Positions 25,668 to 32,000 of a DNA stretch of 32,000 nt are shown one piece after another. The position numbers were made by a program, and so were the translations under genes. The notes below the pieces were generated by a model. It was given only the letters and a program-made list of their open reading frames with translations, made no database searches and was not told the DNA's origin. Origin of the DNA: Edaphobacter aggregans. Lineage in GTDB: Bacteria > Acidobacteriota > Terriglobia > Terriglobales > Acidobacteriaceae. How positions within the stretch are numbered: position 1 is the stretch's first letter; every line of letters begins with the position of its first letter. The stretch lies in assembly GCF_003945235.1 (NCBI RefSeq), contig NZ_RSDW01000001.1:5280001-5312000 (forward strand), read 5' to 3'.

Positions 25668-26648
25668 TTAAGGTGGAACGGTTAATACGACTTTCCCCTG
25701 CGCATGTCCTTCCGCCAGATAACGGAGAGCTTCCGCTGCGTCGCTCAAGCGGTAACGTCTGTCGATGACCGGCACAATCTTGCAGGCCTGCAGAAGACTT
25801 TTCAAGAAAACTAAATCTCTCTGATTAATCTTCGCGATAAAGAAAGTCATCTTTTTGCGCCCAAGCGTTGAAAGGAGTCGCCCCAGTAGCAGCGCTTGAA
25901 GAATCGGAACCAGACCCCCGATTGCGACATAGATCCCGTTCTGACTCAGCATACGCCTGTACTCAAAAATCGAATGATGACCGTTCACAGCCAATATCAG
26001 ATCGTACCGCTGCCCAAGCCGCGCGAAATCTGCATTGGTGTAATCGATGACATGGTCTGCGCCTATCGACCTCGCTATGTCCACATTCCTCGTACTGCAT
26101 ACGGCAGTGACTTCAGCCCCAAGCTCTTTGGCAATCTGCACCGCAAATGTGCCGACGCCACCAGACGCGCCCTCAATGAGAACTTTGTGGCCCGGCTGAA
26201 TCCGTCCCCAGTCGCGAAGACCCTGGAGCGCCGTAATTGCCGCGATGGGTACAGCGGCTGCGTCCTCAAACGACAGGTTGGCTGGCTTCGGCGCCAATTT
26301 CTCTTCAGGTGCACATACGTACTCGGCAAATCCCTTTCCCTCGAATCCTGTTATCCCGAAGACCTCGTCGCCTGCCTGAAACTGTTTTACGTTCCTGCCA
26401 ACTGCCTCCACTCGGCCGGCGATATCACAACCGATGATCGTGTGTTTGGGCTTGGCGTGCAGTCCCGGGATGCGGTTCCACGGCGCGCCTTGCAGCACGA
26501 ACAGGTCCACGGGATTTACCGATGCCGCGCAAAGCTTGATCAAGACCTCATTGCCGGCGGGGCTAGGCGTTGGCACCTCCGCGAACTGCAACTCGTCTGG
26601 CGATCCGTATTGCGTTCGTACAATCGCTTTCATAGAGTGTTCTTTCAA
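25668..26648 (-). CDS. medium-chain dehydrogenase/reductase, NADPH:quinone oxidoreductase-like
   Basis: Motifs include MKAIV..GSPDELQFAEVPTPSPAGNEVLIKLCAASVNPVD and the cofactor motif LIEGASGGVGTFAVQIAKELGAEVTAV. An alternative ATG start is at 26633. Confidence 0.85.
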   Translation of the reverse strand: MKEHSMKAIVRTQYGSPDELQFAEVPTPSPAGNEVLIKLCAASVNPVDLFVLQGAPWNRIPGLHAKPKHTIIGCDIAGRVEAVGRNVKQFQAGDEVFGITGFEGKGFAEYVCAPEEKLAPKPANLSFEDAAAVPIAAITALQGLRDWGRIQPGHKVLIEGASGGVGTFAVQIAKELGAEVTAVCSTRNVDIARSIGADHVIDYTNADFARLGQRYDLILAVNGHHSIFEYRRMLSQNGIYVAIGGLVPILQALLLGRLLSTLGRKKMTFFIAKINQRDLVFLKSLLQACKIVPVIDRRYRLSDAAEALRYLAEGHAQGKVVLTVPP

Positions 26649-26803
26649 ATCGCTTCGCCCTCGTCGCCTTGCGTTTGGCGCACCAGACGAGCCTGAGAAA
26701 GTATAGGACGAACTCGACAGTTGGCTCCTGATAAAGCTCTTGCGTTAACTGACTAAACCCGACACCGGGTTCGCAAGTGGGCGAATGGTTCGCAAGTGGG
26801 CGA

Positions 26804-26855
26804 ATAGTCGGCTTTCCGGACAAGTGCTCGACCGTCCAACTCTTGCTAACAGGGC
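26804..26855. repeat. reverse-orientation copy of repeat modules Y-X abutting the recombinase stop codon
   Basis: ATAGTCGGCTTTCCGGACAAGTGCTCGACCGTCCAACTCTTGCTAACAGGGC is the reverse complement of the 18631-18682 pattern. Confidence 0.7.
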
Positions 26856-27833
26856 TTACCGTAAATTCACGGACAGTCGAGAGAAGAGGCAACCGAAGCG
26901 ATCATTTACTGGCTCCTCCAGATCCTGTTTGCATCCCAGATACCGCTCCGTCGTCAACACGGAAACATGACCGAGAAGGAACTGGATTTGCTCCAGTTCT
27001 CCTCCATTCACATGGCAAAGTTTTGCGCAGGTTCGCCTGAGGTCGTGTGGAGCGAGATGTTCCAATTGCATTCGATCGGCGGACCGTCGAACGACGTACC
27101 AGATGACATTTTCGGAGATTCCTTCACCCCATGGCGTCCCGTGTCGGCTCACGGCTCGGAAGATTCGGCCGGCGGTCACTTTCGCTGATTCTCTCCATCG
27201 ATCGACCGCTTGCTTGACCCAAGTAGGCACGGGAACGGTACGGACATGACCACCTTTGCCAACCAGGTCCACGATGGCCCAATGTCCTTGCCTGATCTGC
27301 AGATCTTCAACCGTAAGCGCAGAGAGCTCAGCCCGGCGCAATCCGCAGCCTAAGAGAAGCGAAATCATTGCGAGGTCGCGTACACTGCGCAGATCTTCCC
27401 CGTCCGCTTTCTCCAATAGAAGTCTAGCTTGATCTTGCGTCAACCAGTTTCCGGTGCGGGCACCGAGCTGCTTTACGCCTTTGACGCGACGAATTCCCGC
27501 TGCAAGCTCCGGACTGAGCAAGCCGGAATCCGCAGCTTCGTATGCCAGTCGCCTGACTGCCGCGAGGCGCTGGTTTACCGTTCCGGCTGCGAGACCGAGA
27601 GATTCCAGATAAAGTCGAAATCGAAGAACGACGGAACGATTCAAGCTAAGCCGCGGCTCCGAACAATACCAGGTAATGAACTGCTCCATTGCAAACTTGT
27701 AGTTTCTCCTCGAATGAGGAGAACTAAGGCTGTTGAGTACGGCGGATTTTGCGTGATCCAGATCTGGAAGCTTCAGAACGATCTTGCGACAGAGTGGCCG
27801 TCTATTTCTTTTGCGCATATGAGCGGCCTCCAT
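26856..27833 (-). CDS. tyrosine site-specific recombinase (phage integrase family)
   Basis: A SAM-like N-terminal domain is followed by catalytic-domain patterns: LLLGCGLRRAEL (Arg I), KGGHVRTVPVP, HDLRRTCA (His-x-x-Arg) and LGHVSVLTTERYL (His..Tyr). The alternative start M6 at 27818 lies 8 nt after GGAGG. Confidence 0.9.
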   Translation of the reverse strand: MEAAHMRKRNRRPLCRKIVLKLPDLDHAKSAVLNSLSSPHSRRNYKFAMEQFITWYCSEPRLSLNRSVVLRFRLYLESLGLAAGTVNQRLAAVRRLAYEAADSGLLSPELAAGIRRVKGVKQLGARTGNWLTQDQARLLLEKADGEDLRSVRDLAMISLLLGCGLRRAELSALTVEDLQIRQGHWAIVDLVGKGGHVRTVPVPTWVKQAVDRWRESAKVTAGRIFRAVSRHGTPWGEGISENVIWYVVRRSADRMQLEHLAPHDLRRTCAKLCHVNGGELEQIQFLLGHVSVLTTERYLGCKQDLEEPVNDRFGCLFSRLSVNLR

Positions 27834-27890
27834 GCCGCTGGCATGCGCAAAATAGACTGGTCTCAGAAATTCTGGCCTCGGAAGTGCTTA

Positions 27891-27904
27891 GGCGATTTAT
27901 CGCC
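27891..27904. repeat. palindrome GGCGATTTATCGCC (repeat module W) upstream of the recombinase gene
   Basis: The same core occurs at 18720-18732 and 31036-31049. Degenerate versions occur at 24052 and 930. Confidence 0.7.
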
Positions 27905-28194
27905 AATTGAAATCTTGTTGTAGCAACGCGTTTTCCCAGTGCAGAATGTGAACGAGGCCAGCCAATTTCCAGTGGCTCATCCCCCTGTCGATTCTTCGAG
28001 TGTTGCCAGAGCTATCGTTGAGCGTAGGATTGGGCGGAATGGATGGCTTCCGATGAGGTCGTCCCAAAGGACGTGTAGCAGCCGCTACATCCCTTTAGAT
28101 CCTTCGTCATGAGCATCACTATCTGAGCCTAACGCCACCGAAACCAAGAAGTAAGGGATGTCGAAAGGTTGAAGGTGGCCTGAAGGGACAACTT

Positions 28195-30666
28195 ATGAGA
28201 ATCAAGGGTCAAATCTTCACTGGCTCCACGCTTTCGGGCATGGCTATTTTGGTTTGCTTGGTCGCCACCCTGGGTTCGTTGATGCCATCGGTGTACGCGC
28301 AGGAAAACCTTCCCGACCGCCGACCGGGCACATTCGCCGGGAAGATTGGCCAAAGCTATAAGGACTCCACTCCGGCTTGGCCCATCACTCGTAAAGCACC
28401 ACCGAACGCACCAAATGTGCTCGTCATCTTATTGGATGATGTCGGTTTCGGGGCTGCCAGCACCTTCGGCGGTCCAATCCCGACACCTGCTCTCGACCGC
28501 CTGGCCAAGACCGGACTACGTTACACGCGTTGGAATACTACTGCGCTGTGTTCGCCCACTCGTGCCGCACTGCTTTCGGGCCGGAACCATCATCAGATGG
28601 GCTATGGCGTGATCGCGGAGGTCTCAACGGGGTTTCCAGGTTATAACTCAGTGTTTCCAGACGCCAATGCGACCATCGCCGCCATTCTCAAGGACAACGG
28701 GTACAACACTGCCGCATTCGGCAAGTGGCACCTGACCCCGGACTACGAGACAAGCGCAGCTGGCCCCTTCACGCAATGGCCCACCGGGGTCGGCTTCGAG
28801 CGCTATTACGGATTCCTAGGTGGAGACTGTAATCAATGGTCGCCTCCGCTCATTGACGGCACTACGTTCATCGAAAAACCGGCAGGTGTGAAGGACTACA
28901 ACTTGACGGCTGATCTTGCCAATCAGACGATCTCCTGGATAAGAAATCAAAAGTCAACCGCGCCGAACAAGCCCTTCTTCATTTACTTTGCGCCGGGGGC
29001 GACCCATGCACCACATCAACCTCCCAAGCAATGGGTAGAAAAATTCAAGGGTCAATTCGAAAAGGGATGGAACAAGGTGAGTGAGGAGACCTACGAGCGC
29101 ATGAAGACAATGGGCATCCTTCCCCCCACGGCCAAATACAATCCCATTCCCGACGATGTGGGTGTCTGGGACAAGCTGGATCCTGACACCAGGACGGTCT
29201 ACGCACGCATGATGGAGGTCTATGCCGGTTACCTGGCCTACGCCGACTACGAAGCAGGCCGGCTGCTGGACACGCTGGACGAACTCGGAATCACCGACAA
29301 TACGATGGTCATCTACGCCGTAGGCGACAACGGTGCGAGCGCGGAGGGCGGACTCAGCGGCACCCTCAACGAAGTTGCGGCGGATTTCAATGCCTACCGT
29401 CCGAACGTCGTCGCAGAAGCTTTGAGGCGGCTCGATGAGATTGGCGGGCCGACCACTTACAACCACTATCCGGCTGGCTGGGCGCTCGCCATGAACTCGC
29501 CCTTCAAGCAGGCGAAACGTATTGCTTCCCAATTCGGCGGAACGGCCAACCCAATGGTGATCTCATGGCCGAATGGGATCAAGGATCATGGAGGCTTGAG
29601 GACACAATTCGCGCACGCGATCGACATCGCGCCTACCATTCTCGATGTGGCCGGGATTCCGCAGCCCAAGACCGTGAATGGCATTCCCCAGACCCCAATG
29701 ACGGGGACAAGCATGGCCTACACCTTCCTGGCGGAGAATGCGAACGCACCCTCGCAACACCACACGCAGTACTTCGAGCTGGGCGGAATTCGCGCTATCT
29801 ATCACGACGGCTGGATCGCAGCTACCGACCATGGCTTCAATGCCTGGGAAGACAGGCCGAGAGGCAACTACACCTTCGATACCGACAAATGGGAGCTCTA
29901 CGATCTTGCGAACGACTTCACGGAGCACGACGACGTAAGCGCGCAAAACCCCGCGAAGCTGAAGGCTCTGCAGGCTCTTTTTGTTCAAGAGGCCAAGAAG
30001 TACAACGTCTTTCCGCTCGACGATCGTTCCGCGGAACGCTTCAGCCCGGAGGCTACGGGAAGGCCCGTAGGCGCTATTCAGGGCCTGACCAAGGTGACCT
30101 ATTGGCCTGGAGTCACACGCGTTCCGGAAGGAAGCGCAATCGATGTCAAAAACAAATCGTTCTCCATTACAGCGGAAGTGACTACGCCGCCTAACGGCGC
30201 CGACGGAGTGATTATTACCCAAGGCGGACTCTTTGCCGGTTGGGCGCTGATCGTGGAGAACAGTAAGCCGGTCTTTATTTACAACTGGCTTCAGGAACAG
30301 ATTACAAAGGTCTCTTCGCCGGTTACGCTGCCGCAAGGCAAGAGCGTGGTGAAGTTCCAATTCTCTTACGATGGGGGCGGGGTTGGGAAAGGCGGCACGG
30401 GTTCTCTGAGCATCGATGACAAGCAGGTCGCCTCGGCGCATATCGAGAAGACTGTACCCTTCCGCTTCTCGCTGGACGAAAGCCTCGACGTAGGCGAAGA
30501 TACCGGAACCCCTGTGAGCATGGACTATTTCGACAAGATGCCATTTCGCTTTACAGGCACACTCGGCGGAGTGACGGTGGAAGTGGCTCCGGTTAGCGCA
30601 GCACAACAAAAGCAGGCAGCCGACGCCCATCGAAAAGTACAACAAAAAATGGCTGAGCTCAATTAG
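28195..30666 (+). CDS. Cys-type arylsulfatase family protein, secreted
   Basis: It has a signal peptide ending SVYAQ. The sulfatase signature is [16 protein letters not shown] (C-x-P-x-R) preceded by ILLDDVGFG. The protein is 823 aa. Confidence 0.9.
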   Translation: MRIKGQIFTGSTLSGMAILVCLVATLGSLMPSVYAQENLPDRRPGTFAGKIGQSYKDSTPAWPITRKAPPNAPNVLVILLDDVGFGAASTFGGPIPTPALDRLAKTGLRYTRWNTTALCSPTRAALLSGRNHHQMGYGVIAEVSTGFPGYNSVFPDANATIAAILKDNGYNTAAFGKWHLTPDYETSAAGPFTQWPTGVGFERYYGFLGGDCNQWSPPLIDGTTFIEKPAGVKDYNLTADLANQTISWIRNQKSTAPNKPFFIYFAPGATHAPHQPPKQWVEKFKGQFEKGWNKVSEETYERMKTMGILPPTAKYNPIPDDVGVWDKLDPDTRTVYARMMEVYAGYLAYADYEAGRLLDTLDELGITDNTMVIYAVGDNGASAEGGLSGTLNEVAADFNAYRPNVVAEALRRLDEIGGPTTYNHYPAGWALAMNSPFKQAKRIASQFGGTANPMVISWPNGIKDHGGLRTQFAHAIDIAPTILDVAGIPQPKTVNGIPQTPMTGTSMAYTFLAENANAPSQHHTQYFELGGIRAIYHDGWIAATDHGFNAWEDRPRGNYTFDTDKWELYDLANDFTEHDDVSAQNPAKLKALQALFVQEAKKYNVFPLDDRSAERFSPEATGRPVGAIQGLTKVTYWPGVTRVPEGSAIDVKNKSFSITAEVTTPPNGADGVIITQGGLFAGWALIVENSKPVFIYNWLQEQITKVSSPVTLPQGKSVVKFQFSYDGGGVGKGGTGSLSIDDKQVASAHIEKTVPFRFSLDESLDVGEDTGTPVSMDYFDKMPFRFTGTLGGVTVEVAPVSAAQQKQAADAHRKVQQKMAELN

Positions 30667-30752
30667 GCGCTGCGTGGCCTTGACGAGTTCGTATCATCTC
30701 AAAACAAGGGCGAAGTCCATGGAGCGATTCAGCAGCGCTCTCGCCGTTTCAG

Positions 30753-30945
30753 TTGGTGATAACAGGGCAAAGCGCTCATCGACGTTTACTAAATCCGATT
30801 ACTCCCCATAAACGCCGTTGTCGTAAGCGATCGTGGCCCAGCGAATCTCATTTGTTGCCAAATCGCTTTCTCGTGAATTGAACTCATCTTGAATTCCTTG
30901 CGAGAGATGGACATCCGAAGGAGTGCAAGCCCCTGTTGTCGCCAA
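30753..30945. repeat. inverted pair of repeat module X flanking about 160 bp
   Basis: TTGGTGATAACAGGGC (30753-30768) faces GCCCCTGTTGTCGCCAA (30929-30945). Confidence 0.6.
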
Positions 30946-31058
30946 CTAAGATTCAAATGTGTCTAGCAAAGATGGCACAACAGTGAACACAACCCGACAT
31001 ATAGTTACGTATCTTCAGTGCTCGATGAGTGACTTGGCGATTTATCACCAATCGAGAA
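30929..31058. repeat. diverged full copy of composite repeat (X-Y-Z-W)
   Basis: The X and W modules are clear with the same ~90-bp spacing as at 18631-18720. The interior (CCCGACATATAGTTACGT..GCTCGATGAGTGA) is a diverged Y-Z. Confidence 0.5.
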
Positions 31059-31279
31059 AAATAACCCCTAAGCGCGTCTGCTGGTTCCAATCAGGCGGCT
31101 GCGGGACATTCCCATAACCTAACCTAAGCCGAGGCATCCCCGACTTACGACTTTGCGTTCATATTGTCGGCACTGTGAGATTGTGCGACCATTGGTCGGC
31201 CAAGCCAGGAGCATCCCGGGACCCCACAACGAACTTTTGCTTTGATCAAAATTTCGACAACTTGAATGGAGAGAGTCCC

Positions 31280-32000
31280 ATGAAACTTTGTGCAAGGTCA
31301 GCATTCACGGGCTATTTCGTAGCAGTTCTTTGTGCCTTCGTCGGCGTTTCCTTTTCAAGTGCACAAGAAGTCTTACCAAGGCCCGAACCGCCATTCAAAG
31401 GCCACATCGGGCGCACGGTGCAGGAATCCACAAAAGACTTCCCTCAAGAGGTAAAAGCCCCCAAGGGAGCACCAAACATCCTGCTTATTCTGACTGACGA
31501 TGTGGGCTTCGGAGCCAGCAGCACATTCGGTGGTCCGATACCTACACCGACCTTCGACCGTCTCGCCAAGAACGGTCTTCGCTACACACAATTCCATACC
31601 ACGGCTCTTTGTTCTCCCACACGCGCGGCCTTGCTAACGGGCCGCAATCATCACTCTGCAAATGCGGGAATCATTATGGAAGGAGGGACCGGCTTTCCGG
31701 GCTACAACACACTCATGTCCAAGAGCGTCGGCTCCTTTGCGGAGGTGCTGAGGCAAAACGGCTACAACACCGCCTGGTACGGTAAAAACCATAACGTGCC
31801 CGATTGGCACACCAGCCAAGCCGGGCCATATGATCTCTGGCCCACAGGTCTGGGCTTTGAATACTTCTATGGCTTTATAGGTGGCGACACCAGTCAGTGG
31901 GCGCCCGCCATCTATGAAAACATCAAGCCCATCGAGCCTCCTCACGATCAAAAGGACTACTTCTTCGATCATGACATGGCTGACCACGCCATCGCCCGTA
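31280..32000 (+). CDS. Cys-type arylsulfatase family protein, 5-prime partial (runs off the window)
   Basis: This ORF is absent from the ORF track because it has no stop in the window. I translated it by hand from ATG 31280 (GGAGAG RBS): [64 protein letters not shown]. It is paralogous to 28195..30666. Confidence 0.85.
   Translation, partial: MKLCARSAFTGYFVAVLCAFVGVSFSSAQEVLPRPEPPFKGHIGRTVQESTKDFPQEVKAPKGAPNILLILTDDVGFGASSTFGGPIPTPTFDRLAKNGLRYTQFHTTALCSPTRAALLTGRNHHSANAGIIMEGGTGFPGYNTLMSKSVGSFAEVLRQNGYNTAWYGKNHNVPDWHTSQAGPYDLWPTGLGFEYFYGFIGGDTSQWAPAIYENIKPIEPPHDQKDYFFDHDMADHAIAR

Noticed and set aside
26856-31058. Integron-like reading: the tyrosine recombinase with repeat elements acting as attI/attC and the sulfatase genes as cassettes
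   Set aside because: The repeat cores do not fit the RYYYAAC/GTTRRRY attC core sites. The supposed cassettes are 2.5 kb with their own RBS and signal peptides. I could not identify the integron-integrase-specific extra domain. Repeat orientations are also inconsistent.
1-32000. Scan for CRISPR arrays, tRNA/rRNA genes and riboswitch-like leaders (for example upstream of the TonB receptor at 9596-9755)
   Set aside because: I found no regularly spaced direct repeats, no T-loop GGTTCGAATCC-type tRNA signature and no rRNA-like segments. The TonB leader shows no motif I can assign to a known riboswitch.

Overview
The gene content suggests an Acidobacteriota-type chromosome segment: a CarboxypepD_reg-type TonB receptor, a CadC-like/TPR regulator and Kelch lipoproteins. 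This assignment is inference only. Positions 1-13.0 kb hold ordinary envelope and regulatory genes, including a segmental duplication of a Kelch lipoprotein plus an NHL-like gene in which both NHL-like copies have decayed. Positions 13.0-28.2 kb form an accessory, mobile-DNA-rich block. It contains an N6-MTase / hypothetical / SNF2 helicase / Gp157-like cassette, a convergent pair of unknown proteins sharing a ~90-aa domain, three different IS110-family elements within 4.6 kb, an MDR oxidoreductase and a tyrosine recombinase. Positions 28.2-32 kb hold two paralogous Cys-type sulfatases. The most interesting signal involves two IS1111-type elements whose ends can be mapped from the sequence; one maps to within 2 nt using an uninterrupted paralog of its target repeat. 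Their long 3-prime non-coding regions contain stem-enclosed internal loops whose two strands match the DNA flanking the insertion, making them candidate seekRNA/bridge-RNA guides. A composite intergenic repeat family scattered through the window appears to be the target. I saw no rRNA, tRNA or CRISPR array. All coordinates and matches were derived by eye, and no searches were run.
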